NCBI GenBank assembly: GCA_049724395.1
Contig: JAUGWO010000147.1
Location: 1 to 40,982 of the forward strand
Direction of reading: 5' to 3'
Origin: Spongospora subterranea f. sp. subterranea
Lineage: Eukaryota
DNA: 40,982 bases
The number at the start of each line of letters is the position of its first letter. Within the stretch, counting starts at the first letter, position 1. The notes under the pieces were generated by a model, which saw nothing but the letters and a program-made list of their open reading frames with translations, ran no database searches and was not told the origin of the DNA. Positions 22,603 to 34,568 of the stretch are shown piece by piece. Made by a program: the position numbers and the translations under genes.

Positions 22603-22933
22603 TCAGATTTTCTTAACCGCCGCAATAGGGATTGCAATGCACCTTTCATTCATAGCCTTCAACTGGACTATGGCGTTATTATGTTGTTTTAAACCTGATG
22701 TGACCAAGGCGGTTGTTATCATGTGCTCTCAGAAGACTCTAACTGTCGGGTTTGCTGTTCTTGCTTCTTTACCTAATTCACAAGACGGACTGTACGCCAT
22801 TCCAATCATAATTGGTCACTTGGTCCAGCTCGTGATCGATTCAATCCTTGCTTCTCGATGGGACGTGAAAGATAAAAAGTCTGCCCGATCTATGGCAGAA
22901 CCAACAGAATTGATAAGCGTCCCACCTGCTTAA
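21723..22933 (+). CDS. Sodium/bile-acid symporter-like (SBF_like, SLC10A7/BASS4-type) membrane transporter
   Basis: GWLWPTPG, IFIISGL, SPTTVSTGSVL, GN..LSLFFTVFSNVLAVFTIP, CSQKTL and HLVQLVIDS. Introns 21870-21924, 22213-22267 and 22525-22581. Confidence 0.92.
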
Positions 22934-23324
22934 TTCGTATCTATTTTTCGCTGTGATAAACTAATATTTACCCAATTTCCTGACGTGGCGTCGTCGTCCG
23001 ATAGTGTTATCGATAGTCCCCAACATTGACGCTATTCCATTACAATCCTACAACAGCTGACGAGTCGTCGAAAGTTTTGACTTGAACCTGCACAAGCCAA
23101 CGTAAATAATGACTGCGATTGTATTGGTGTTTCGGGTTCATCAGTATTACCGCATCGTTACGACTAAAACTGAAACGTGCAACAACCTTACGTTTGGACT
23201 GTGGTTCATGATGTGTGTGTGTATCTTGACCGTGGACGGGACTCTTTACCAGTAATTATTGTGCGTGTTACCGGGTTGACTGTAATTCCTTGTGTTACCG
23301 GTTTCTTCCACTTCAGGATCAGGA

Positions 23325-23927
23325 ATGGGGTCTACAACAGCAGTTGCTCGTTATGTATTTGGCGCAATTCGATTAGACGTCAGCCAAGTCTTTTTTGAAT
23401 CCGCCTTGTCCTATGGTACGTGCTGATCGACGACAGACTTTGATGAAGGCGTGACCGTATTCTCTCGCAGCTACTGTCAACTTGAAGCCCCTGGTTCCTG
23501 GACATGTACTCGTAATGCCAAAGCGAGTCGTCCAACGATTCAATAGCTTAAAGTCTGAGGAGGTCAATGACTTGTGGATATCCGCTCAGACAGTTTCCAA
23601 AGCGCTGGAAACGCATCTCTATCGTAAGGAAAGAGATAAATGAAATATCAAATGAACATGTCGTGGTTTATATGTGAAATTATAGCTCAGGGATTTACAT
23701 TCGCTATTCAAGATGGGCCTGTCGCTGGCCAGACTGTTCCTCATGTCCATGTTCATATCCTTCCTCGATTTGAAAACGATTTTGCCCCCAACGACTCTAT
23801 CTATGAAGCCCTTGAGGGGGATTCACCCCACAAAATCCGCATGGACGACGAACATCGTCAGCCTCGGTCTTCCAGCGAAATGCAACAAGAAGCTGATGCT
23901 TACCGGTTACTGTTTAAACAAAAGTAA
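23325..23927 (+). CDS. FHIT: Bis(5'-adenosyl)-triphosphatase, HIT family
   Basis: VNLKPLVPGHVLV, IQDGPVAGQTVPHVHVHILPR, NDSIY and RSSSEMQQEA. Introns 23416-23470 and 23624-23685. Confidence 0.93.
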
Positions 23928-23948
23928 TATCCAAACATGTTTTAGATT

Positions 23949-24913
23949 TTATTTGAGCGAAACATTTGATTCCTTGAAGACACATAAAACCAAATGTCGT
24001 TCTGTGCAGTTAGTTAAGAGCAATTTTCCGGCCATGAAGCTTGCGCAATCAGTGACTTTTTCGTCAACTGACAACGCTGTAAAATTGCTCTTTTTTGTCG
24101 GGCGTGGATCGGATAATCCGTTGTGATCTTCATCGAATGCGTTGCCTATAGCCAATTTATGTTTTGCCAGAGTAAAACCAGGCAGAACAACCTACCTTCT
24201 TTTCGCCTATGACCTTGGCTCGTAGTTGCCCGCTCCACCGATGATCGTTTATAAGGCTGGGAGGCGGTCGGTGGCTTTTGGGATTGTGAATCACTTGAAT
24301 GAAACCACGGCTGATCAGCTGCTTTGAAATTCTGAAGTTCGTTCTTTTTGAGTAAACGAGAATAGTCTTTAGTCACGATCGGTTCAGGGTTTCTTGCAAA
24401 TTTCGTCGATTCTTCGTCCTGAAAAATGAATTTCGTCTTAGGATCATCTAGTTCCTGGAAATCGTGACGATTTGGATTAAATCTGGTTTGGTCTTTGCGT
24501 GAGAACGATAAGGTACTTTTTTCAGGATCATTGCGGCTATCAGGCGGGTGGTTCGACTTCCTTTTCAGCAACTTCACGTCCTGGACTGTTTCGGGGTCGA
24601 CGTCAGGTGGCAGCTCCACATTTGTAACTTCCAAAACCGAAAATTCTGTCTTGCTTCTTGAAGACTGTTGAACTTGTGAAGTAATCCAGGCTCTAGAGGA
24701 AGCTCCATCTGTCGTTTTGTTAGAATACGGCAACGTTCGAATATCATCAAGTGTCGCCATCATCCCGTTGTACATGGGGCATACTTTAACTGCTTCATCA
24801 TAGGTGTACGACCCAAGAATAATGACGAGACGAGTAGCCGCCGCATGTTCCAAAGTCGTGTGCAGAGCTACAGCTGCCAAAACCAGTACAGTTGAACGCA
24901 TCTGTTGTGCCAT
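23949..24913 (-). CDS. Putative secreted protein with a C-type-lectin-like fold interrupted by a long polar insert
   Basis: N-terminal hydrophobic signal VLVLAAVALHTTLEHAAA, then YTYDEAVKVCPMYNGMMATL..AWI. After intron 24146-24195 comes DCASF..LLLTNCTERHLVLC. Confidence 0.65.
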
Positions 24914-25055
24914 ATACTGATTTGTAAATGGACAGTTTTCCTGCGAAAGTTTACTCTCCGATCAGCATCGCAATGAGTCATCTTCCGAAACAAGTTGTCT
25001 GATCCCATTAAACGATATTTTTATGAAAAAACAAATATAGCCGAAACTAAAGCCT

Positions 25056-27843
25056 CTAATTGATCCCTCTTGCCCGGATAACAGTAGAATACCTGATCTT
25101 GAGCACGACAGCCCCTACCACCAGACATATAATACATGTTCCAATTACAGCGGCTGCTATTATAACTCCTTTGAAAACAGAAGCCGATGCAAATCCGGAC
25201 CTGTTGCCGTCATTTGAGGGTGACGTCGCGATCAACGGTGTAAGAAATCCTTTATCATCTTCGTTCGACGCTGCTTCTTGACAATTATACGGCCTGGCTA
25301 AACCTGTAACAACGAGGCTGTAGCGCTGTTCCTGACCGATATTGATGGCAGCTGCGTTCACGATAATTTTCATGTCGATGGGCCCATCCGACATTGTCGG
25401 GGCGTTGATGAGAATTGTTTCAATGGGGTTCCTTCGATCTGCTGTTGCCACACCATCATAGGCACCTTCATTACCGAGGTGAATCTGGTCGGACCTGTTA
25501 TATTCAACTATCAGGTCCAAGTCGTTAACGAGCTGAATAGCACTTTGCGGTTGTCCAGGCGGATCAGTCCACACTAGAACGATCCTAGTAGGCGCCGTAC
25601 TCAGAGGGGATGGCATAACACACATGCTATATGTATGGCTCTGGGAATTGGCGATTGAAGGATGTGTACCTCCAAGTAAGTAAAGGTAGAATGGACTGGA
25701 CGATGTTTCTCGGAACTCTAGCACTTGATCTAATTGCAGCCTTCCCCATCCTTGGTCCACACCAGGAAATTGATCAATGGAGGCGAATTGGATGTTGGGG
25801 CACTTCTGTTGTTGAGTGGCAACGGTAAACTGATCCGTAACCAGTCGAGTTCCTGTTAAATGCTTCCCTCCTGCGACCGCAATCGCCTTCATCAAAGACC
25901 CTGACGGCGTCATGGAATGCGACTGATTACGGCGTCCAGTTGGATAAAATCCTTCAATGAAGTATTCCCTAATCAGAGCTAGGGCTCCTGCAGCTGCCGG
26001 CGTTGACATTGATGTCCCAGACTTAACGGTTAAGACGTTGATATCAGGCTGCCCACAGACGTTGGATGGCGAACCTCTCGGCGCTACTTTTGCTGACACT
26101 GCAAAGTCACGTCATTAAGCAGATCGATGAGGGTAAATCGAATCTCACTAGCGGCGAAGCCCGGGGCGACTATGTCCGGTTTGATTCTTGAATCAGAAGT
26201 CGGACCTCGAGATGAGAACGTAGCGATATTATTAGCGTCAAACATCGTTGTCGGAAAAGAGCTAAACAAAGGTGGGGTTATCCCCAAGGTATTATAGCTG
26301 TCGATATCTGTCATGCATGATCCAACAGTGATGATGTTTTTAGCAGTAGCCGGGCTTCCAATTGTAGTCTGTTGGCCGCAGGCTCCATCATTTCCAGCGG
26401 CCACTAAAATCAGGAAATCATCGTGGGCATACATATACTGATCCATGTCCCTGGATAAGCTGGTATATTGTGGAGCCTCTGTACCCCAACTGTTGCTGTG
26501 TATTCGAGCACCGGCGACATATGACCATTGAAACATAGACGTCAGATCATCAGGAAGGTTCAGGTCTCCATTGGCCTGTAATACAGCAGATGACCAATAG
26601 ATCAATACTGTTCCTGGGCACGTCTAACCATTCCTATGTCGAAGAATGCTAGTTTCGATTCCGGGGCCATCCCATTAAATTTAGAATACATCCCGTCAAT
26701 CTCGGCCGACCCAGCTGCTATACCAGCAACATGCGTGCCATGCCCGTCCTCGTCATCGGCGGCATCGGCGAACGCCACATATTGAACGATTTTCCGTTGT
26801 GATTCCTGCCCTGCCGGAAAATCCGCTGCTGTTGGATTGGATCGATATTGAGAAATGGGAACCCCATTGGCGTCCGAGAAGAAGCAATGATTAGTATCGA
26901 TACCACTGTCAGCGACACCTGAAGGTCATGCAATTTCATGCAACATTTAATCAGACTGCGATTTGTGCATGGCCTCAACATGCTGGACAACGTTACGTAC
27001 CTATCACTTGTCCTGCTCCGTATAGACCGTGATCCCATCCGATCTGTGACATTAGTTCATTTAGCGAATCAAGAATAGGGATATGATTAGCAACAATGGT
27101 CGCCTCACTAATCCTGTCATCGTGTCGTAGTTAGCGGAAGAGGTTAGGCCGTTGTTCAGGATCCCACGTGTCCATCGGTTCATCCATTTCGGCTTCAAGC
27201 GTTTTTCAATGTAGAGTACTGCTGGGTCGCCGGCAATGATCTGGCATAGTGCCTGGACTTGGAGATTGGAGACGTTGTTAAGATCAATTCTTAAACGATC
27301 GCTTCTAATCACTGTTATAGCCCCAGACGACCCAGCAAGCAATTTCAAGCGATCCATAATAAATCCCGAGTCTTCATCGTTGGGAAGTTGCATTGTTGAT
27401 ACTATCAGTGAGATTGAAAGCATAGTGTTGGAGGAAGATGTCGTTGAAGATAACGATGCCTGAAGCTGTGCGATTTCGGGTGCGATTTTATGCTCTGGCC
27501 GGATGTTCCCAACCCATTTAACGCCATCCAATCCCCGAATTCGATCAGCTTCTTCATGAGATACGAAAATTATAAAGGTGTGGTCAGGAATATACAATGT
27601 CATTGGCAAAGATGATCTCAGTGTATCCCGTTTAGATGGGTCGATTTGAACCATAAAACCGGACCGTAAAGGGTCCTGCAATCGTAGCTCGTACGATAAG
27701 GTTTTGAAATGGGGTGAAGGGTGGTCCTCTTCGTGGATTTGTGGAGTATTTTCAGTATCAATCACACCAGTCACTAGATGTATCATGCGGCTGGCTTGGC
27801 TTATCGTTGTCATCATCAACATCAGCAACAGTACAACGTCCAT
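25056..27843 (-). CDS. Membrane-anchored subtilisin-like serine protease (S8, KP-43/Tag-like), copy 1, apparently intact
   Basis: Signal peptide and prodomain, then VADSG (Asp), HGTHVAG (His), AAGND, FSSRGPT and SGTSMSTP (Ser), the VWTDPPG..LVNDLDL domain and a C-terminal TM helix. Introns 27044-27108, 26919-27000, 26576-26628 and 26099-26148. Confidence 0.93.
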
Positions 27844-28242
27844 ATCGGAATTGATTGCCTATTAGTCAGAATAATCTTCGTCAAAAACCAGTCTGGCAGA
27901 TCCAACTGAATGCGTCATTTATTCTAGAAATTGGTTGGTTGCTGATTCAACTTCAATCTAGAATTTGGTTAGCAACCATCTAAAAAATTCTGGTTTGGTT
28001 ACTAAGTCAAAACTGATTGCAGATTTTCGTTGTATTTCGATCCGAAATTTTATCTTCGGACGGTCGTTTTGGTTGGTCAAAGATATCGCAACATGATCCA
28101 GAAGGGTCGAATCGTTCCATAGTCGATCTCGAAAATCTGGCAATGGTATCTGATCACTCCCTCTAGTGTAGGTCCATTCACATATTGGTCCTGTTTCTTT
28201 GGTCCAGTTGAGTTGTTCTTTCCTTTATCAGGGTGTTTATAT

Positions 28243-31121
28243 ATGCTGCGCTTTCTATTCACGTTTTATGTAGGATTAGTACTTGTGTCAGGTTCTAATC
28301 GTAACATCGTTATGATTCGAGGGGTCATCAACACGGAGACTGATCCAGGTTTTCGTCATCAAGACCATCCATCGCGCCACTTTCGTGGGCTATCCATATC
28401 TGACCGTCTATCACATCCAATGCCCGCTACATTCCTCGTGCACGTTAATGAGACTGAGGCAGACAATGTTCGAGATCAGGTTCAAGACCGGCATCAGATG
28501 TCCCTATCGTCGTATCTTCCTCATAATACCTTTGTGGTGTTAGCGACCCACGCGCAAGCAAACGATATAGAAACTATTCCAGGAGTTTTATGGGTGGGGA
28601 AATCTTCCATCATATCATAAAATCTCTCCGACGGTTTCATTACCTCCGCCAACTACCACTGGCGAGTTCATCCCACCTCCTGAACTCTTGTCTGAGCCTG
28701 TTTTCAACGTATCTTCTCCCCGCCCTTTGAATGAAACTCAAGATCCGCTAAGTGTCCGCGATGTTCATGGCGCCCCAATGAACGAAACCGCTATTCCTTC
28801 CCTTATTGTCAGTATATCTGAGGCAACTCCACCACGGTCTCGTCAAGATCTAACGGCAATCATATCTCGACTTGCCGAAGATATTGCAAATGATGAGCGC
28901 ACTCAAATCCCATATCCAGTCCCGATAATCATTATTCGCTCTGACAGACTTCGTATTGAGCTTCAAAGCGAAGCCCAACTTCAAAGCGTCGCTGAGGTTG
29001 TGTCTGACGATCCCGCTGTATCATTCGTTGAGCGACGAATGAAGCCGCAGCTCCTTAACCGATGGGCGCGAGGTATTATCGCGAATGGACTAGATACAGT
29101 AGCGGATTACACGAAGAGATTAGATCTATTATCGTGGCAGAACAATCTATATGGTCAAGGACAAGTGATAGGGTTAGCAGATAGCGGTTTAGATTACAAG
29201 CATTGCTTCTTTGCTGATTCTACTTATGGGGTACCATTCAAAGCGTTCAAGTCTAATCCGACTGCTAATGACGTATTGCCGTCTGATTCTCTCCATCGTA
29301 AGATCACACAATATGTCGTGTATGGAGACGGAAGTGATGATGCGGAAGGACATGGAACTCATGTAGCCGGGACCATAGCAGGGCAAGCGCCAACTGGAAT
29401 TAATACCTATTCGTCCTATGAGGGTATGTCGACACAAAGGTTCGTGATCTCAATCGATGTTGTAAAGTTGGAAAAATAATATCTGTATGCCGCACAGCAA
29501 AATCGCATTTTTCGATATGGGGACGTCGGATGGGTCGTTATCGCTACCAGATGATCTCACAACACCGTTTTTGCATTGGGCATACCTCGCAGGTGCACGT
29601 CTTCATTCAAATAGTTGGGGAGTATCGTCACCTTACTACACCACAAATTCTCGCGATATGGATCAGTACATGTACGACCACAAAGACTTTCTCGTCGTCT
29701 TGTTGCAGCAGGTAATGACGGGTCTTGCAATGGGCAAAGTACAGTTGGAAGCCCAGCGACAGCCAAAAACATTATCGCCGTCGGTGCTACGATGACAAAT
29801 CTCGATAACTACCAATCAACAGGAGTCCAACCACCATATTATTCTTCAGGCCAGTCGTCATATTTCACGTCTAACAATATTGCTTTTTTTTCATCTCGAG
29901 GGCCAACGTCTGATCTTCGGATCAAACCCGACATCGTTGCTCCTGGCTATAACACCATCTCTTCAAAGGTCGGAAGTCAGTGTGGGCAACCGGTCAGCAG
30001 CGTGTTTTCTTCGAAATCTGGCACGTCTATGGCCACTCCAGCTGTAACAGGCAATCTGGCGCTAATCCGGCAGTATTTGATCGAAGGATTCTATCCTAGC
30101 GGCGCTCGCAACCAGGTCGATGGGTTTGTGCCATCTGCATCTTTGATTAAGGCAATTGCAATAGCAGGAGGAACACGTCTAACAGGATCGCGTCTTGTAT
30201 CCGACACATACGTCTCGTCTTCTCCGAAATGCCCAAACCCAAAGTTCGTGTCCATCAGTCAATATCCTGGGCTCGACCAAGGTTGGGGCCGCCTCGAACT
30301 GGACACTGTTCTCAAGACGAAAAGTGCACCCACGTCGTCGGCATTTCTCCTTCTTGGTATGGATCGTCGATTGACGTCAACTTTTGGAGATATCACAATA
30401 TCATCTCGGCAAACGCATACTTATCGCTTATGTGCCATTAAATCAACAGCCCCGGCGCCCAAGATCGTGTTAGTCTGGACGGATCCTGCAGCCCAACCGA
30501 TGAGCGGTGTTCAACTTGTGAATAACCTCGATCTTGAAGTATACTATCAACAGACCGGCAATACACACCTTGGCAATGCAGGAGTATATCAAGGCACTGG
30601 ACCGGACGTTCGAAACCCGGTGGAGACAGTGGTTCTAGATTCGCCCACCTCTAATATGGACGTGACTGTTGTGGTTAGAGCCAGGACGATCAATGTTGGA
30701 AACGGTCAGCCTTATAGTCTGGTTGTCACCGGAAGCATCAGAGCCGGAGCATGCAAAACATTAACATCGGTCAATGTGACAGACCTGAATCTTGCTGCAG
30801 AAAGTGACAGGGCCGACTGTTGGAGACAAATCCGTTCCGGCTTCTAATTCGTCTACAGAATCTAGTTCACCAGGGTTTACTGACATCGCGATAAAAGTCT
30901 CAGCTGTGTTAGCAGCAGCATTAGTTGTCGTCCTGGTCGTCTGTATTGTGGTTCAACGACGACAGCAACGAAAGCGCCTACAGAAAGATCGCGAGAACCT
31001 TCAGATCCCACCTCTTAATCTTGGACTAGCAGGTGTTCAGAAGATAGTTGGAGCGAGTCCCCAATCAGAAAAAAGTGCTCAGACCGTGCCTTGGGGTGCC
31101 AAGTCAAAAAACACTGCATAA
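28243..31121 (+). CDS. Membrane-anchored subtilisin-like serine protease (S8), copy 2, with several apparent frameshifts (pseudogene or sequence errors)
   Basis: LADSG, HGTHVAG, AAGND, SGTSMATP, VWTDP..LVNNLDL and TM VLAAALVVVLVVCIVV. Frame breaks at about 28600, about 29697 and about 30760-30845. The intron starting at about 29424 lacks a clear AG acceptor near 29484. Confidence 0.88.
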
Positions 31122-31229
31122 GAGATCGGTCAAGGAGAGCAACCTCAATCACGTGCGAACTGAATGTCAATGAACACAATGCATTGTTCGGAAATATATT
31201 TATGAATATATGTATGGACCATAAAGACC

Positions 31230-32396
31230 TTATTTTTCGTCCTCATCCGACGATGACGATTGCTGATCGTCATCGCTGTCTGCATGAATGGGGAATCGTA
31301 GAATAGCCGCGATACCAGTCAATTCGCTGAGTTGTTGACCTGATGGATGTTGAGTAGAAAAAATGAACACCTCGCCTGAACCATCTTTAATTTGTTCGAC
31401 TAACGACACATAGGATTTTCTTTGTATCGGATCTGCTGCTCGGAACAGGTCGTCAGTAATGAGCAGTGTTGCGATGGCGTTCTCGTCGGCAGCTTGGCGA
31501 ACGTGTTTGGGGCCGTAAAATGCACGGTCGGGCTGGGTGTTCAGCATTGAGTAGAATTGATCTAGAGCACGAACTTCGGCAACGGCTTTAGTATCTTCGA
31601 CCAGAGCCGATATTGACGGATCAGTTAAAATCTCCTTTAAACTCTGCAAATGTGCAGAAGAGCACGAGATCAAAACAAATTTCTGGACGTTGGCGAGAAC
31701 ATGTTTCATATCCCGTTTAACGCATTCATCGTTAAGATAGAGCATAAAATCGTCTTTCAAAAACCCAGGACTGCCAATTACCACACACTTCACGATATCG
31801 AATCTGATTTTGTTGGAGATTGTCGTTAACACTTGGTCAAAGAACCTGACGACGCCTTTATCATGACGAGTGTTGGACGCAAGACGTTTCTTTGGGATTG
31901 TGGTCTCGATCCTGGCCGCTAATGAGGTCATATGGGCACCGATCAAGGTGATATGTGCCAGGCCCGGTTGCATCAGCACAACGGCGACTTCAGAGCTGGC
32001 GGCTGGATCACAAGCCGTCTCCAACCGATCCAGATAAAGCTGGTCCCAATCGGATTTGTAAATCGTTAGGGAGCGTTGCGCCACCATCTCCAACGTATGA
32101 AATTGTCCCAATTTCACGTATTTTGATTCTACGACGTTCTTGCCGGATATTCGCAAAGTTTGCCCAGAGGCGTCATAGTCAACAGACACGACCGCCAAGG
32201 TCAGTGACGTTTTGACCTTGGTCGTCGTCGTTGACCCAGTGGCGGTCATATTCTGGACTTTTCGCCATGACAATCCAGTGACCCGATCGTCGACTGATAC
32301 GAGATTGTAGAGGTGCCAGATATCCTCGCCCGTGTCCGCCTGGACCTTGATGGATCCCGACCCATCCGGGCTCATATCCCGATGGAGAATCCGCAT
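31230..32396 (-). CDS. PELO: Pelota/Dom34 ribosome rescue factor (eRF1 family), intronless
   Basis: MRILHRD..EDIWHLYNL, LRISGKN, LGQFHTL, IPKKR, IGSPGF, RAFYG, LLITDDLFR and HPSGQQL..TGIAAILRFP. Confidence 0.97.
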   Translation of the reverse strand: MRILHRDMSPDGSGSIKVQADTGEDIWHLYNLVSVDDRVTGLSWRKVQNMTATGSTTTTKVKTSLTLAVVSVDYDASGQTLRISGKNVVESKYVKLGQFHTLEMVAQRSLTIYKSDWDQLYLDRLETACDPAASSEVAVVLMQPGLAHITLIGAHMTSLAARIETTIPKKRLASNTRHDKGVVRFFDQVLTTISNKIRFDIVKCVVIGSPGFLKDDFMLYLNDECVKRDMKHVLANVQKFVLISCSSAHLQSLKEILTDPSISALVEDTKAVAEVRALDQFYSMLNTQPDRAFYGPKHVRQAADENAIATLLITDDLFRAADPIQRKSYVSLVEQIKDGSGEVFIFSTQHPSGQQLSELTGIAAILRFPIHADSDDDQQSSSSDEDEK

Positions 32397-33015
32397 CTTG
32401 GTCCAAGACGCCTTTTGTGCCCTTTCTTTCAATCAAAATCAGTAGAGCGGTAGGTTGGTAGACAGGCCTTATGTAGGACGACCCTCTACCCTTGGTAGAT
32501 ACGGATTCCCTTGTGTTACACAGGTGTATGCCACGCACTTTTTCGTGACATATTTCACCACAGAATCAGAGACCCCCTAAGATTGACTGAGAATCACAAA
32601 TTGATCACGACAATGTTCGATCCCCTGTTTTACTCATTGGTAAACAATTGGAACTCAGCGGTAAAAGCATGGTTCATATATCAACCTATACTTCCTATAT
32701 CAACCTGTACTTACTTTACGGCCTCCGCACGGACTGAACTCCGCTCGTGGCTCTTCAATAAACCGACTCACTTTGTTCTCAGTCTTTACCCTGGTTATGG
32801 GCCCAGTAACAAGGCTGTTTTTGAACATCTGCACATCGTGAAGGAACATTTTAGTCTTGGTGCTGTATTTTCCGTAAGATGCCTCTCGTTTCCCATCGTG
32901 GATTGTTTCCAGCTGGTCCGTATACGAAATAATCGCCCCCGCTTCGCCTTGGCCAGTCCATGGTGTCCAAGCAATTAAATACGGATGGATAGCAGGATAG
33001 CTATAGTTTAGGGTC

Positions 33016-33545
33016 CACTAGTTTTTGGTGTGTCACACACCCAGACCTAGATTAATTGGAGGATCAATTCGACACACCCAAGAAAGTCAATGATGGTTTA
33101 ACGGACGAGATTAACAGAGAAACCACACCCCATGTATCAAACATGAACGCGACAGAGGGCGAAAACCTATCCCATTTCAAAATAGTCATTGCTAGTTTGG
33201 TGTTGACCGTTCAATCCAATTAAAACCTGACTGTTTGTACAAAATCTTCTTGACCCTACAATCGACCTCACAGTACCAAGCCGAGTGCTATGTTTATCGA
33301 TCTAAGAAACAACGCTTAGGGTTCCTAGCGTCACCAACGCTAGTGGACCCTCCACGTTGTTTTGATATCCAACTGTGTAAATTTAGCGAAACCTAAAAAA
33401 ATTTTGGACGTTGGGTGTCGCAAGGTCCAGGATAGTTTCCTTTGTAGAAGAACAATAGCAACTCGCATTGACGGTATTAGATGAGCACGAGCTCTAGGGA
33501 TTGCTATGCGAAATTCAATAAACCTGTTCATGGCGCATCATGCCA
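33016..33545 (+). mobile_element. Second copy of the CACTAG-ended TE module plus decayed Zn-finger tail of the MULE ORF
   Basis: Reverse complement of 2240-2627. In addition 33410-33545 aligns directly with 2030-2190 (gaagaacaatagcaactcgcattgacggtattagatgagcacgagctctagg vs gaagaaaaagagcaactggcatcgatggtattcgatgaccaagagctccagg). Confidence 0.8.
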
Positions 33546-33950
33546 TTGGACTTACGTTACAACTATTTTGAATCTGGTGATGGTGGGGATCGTATCGTTA
33601 CGTGGCGAACTATCATCGAACGATTTTACGTCCATCAATTCATGCTTCTCAATAGTCGGTTGTTCTGATTGCATCTGCTGAAGCGGTGAAGAAAGATGAC
33701 TTCGCACCGCCGTGCCTCAATGCCAAAATCCCCTCAACCATGTCAACGTTCTGGTTTGAACCGAAAGCGTCCACCATCGCTAACATCGCACGCGCTGCCT
33801 GAACAATAAAACATTCAGCTGGACTCGGATCCATTGTGAAAATCGGTGTAAATATTGAAATCCCATGGGATCAATTCCCATGGATTCTTAAGTGTGTCGA
33901 AATTAATCCTCGGTTGTCCTCAAAACTGTGAATGGTCGCTAAGTCAGGGC

Positions 33951-34016
33951 GGATGGAATGCGGTCGGGGATGATTGTGCACAGGGATGGAATGCGGTCGG
34001 GGATGATTGTGCACAG
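33951..34016 (+). repeat. Perfect 33-bp tandem duplication
   Basis: ggatggaatgcggtcggggatgattgtgcacag occurs twice. Confidence 0.97.
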
Positions 34017-34019
34017 CAG

Positions 34020-34568
34020 TGTGATAAAGGTCCACTGTAGTCCCATGTTTTTATTTACGGTCGGCCCCTATTATATGATGGACTGCTGGGTCGCAAATTG
34101 CGATGGCAGACGATACCGGCATACCGACAGTTAAAATATGCCATCGCCAGGATATGGTACCTGAAGGAGCGGCTACAGCCTTTTCCGCAGACAACCTCGA
34201 CCGCGTTGACTATTATGGACTCGGAATGTGACGATGACGGTCTAGATGTCAAAGCGTTTGTATTGAAGTTTGCCGATGCCCACCGTTCTGATAATGTTCA
34301 CATCAAGCAATCCCGGATGCCGATGGGTCTGTCCATTCAGGTCGTTTCGGCAAAAGGTCCTCACCCTGTGTGCGTCGGCTGTAATCAAGCCATGGAGCGA
34401 GGCGATACGCGGCTGTACAAACGGCAGCAGACGAACCTCGAAAAGGGATGGACGACTGGGCTGTCTTATCCTTTAAAAGGCGAGTGCATGCCGTTCCTGA
34501 GCGTTGAGGAGAAGGACGAGCTGCAACGGTTGATGGACCACAAACAAAAACTTCATAATTTTGAATAA
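34020..34568 (+). pseudogene. Diverged paralog of the MULE ORF C-terminus (His-box-like region plus PARP-type-like Zn finger)
   Basis: LLYDGLLGRKLRW..ARIWYLK matches LYYDGLMKSKKLRW..RCWYVR. CVGC..NLEKGW..C..LSVEEKDEL matches CTTC..NAEKGW..C..LSVEEKEQL. Confidence 0.8.

Noticed and set aside
32511..32978. 155-aa ORF upstream of Pelota
   Set aside because: Non-ATG start and no motif I can support. Possibly a retroelement relic.
2627..33016. Inverted TE modules bracketing the whole gene core as a giant composite transposon
   Set aside because: The putative termini face inward toward the core, so the core lies outside both elements. The copies are diverged, the flanks give no TSD, and the core holds ordinary housekeeping genes.
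33951..34016. 33-bp direct repeat as a CRISPR repeat or regulatory element
   Set aside because: Two abutting copies with no spacer; a simple slippage duplication in decayed TE sequence.
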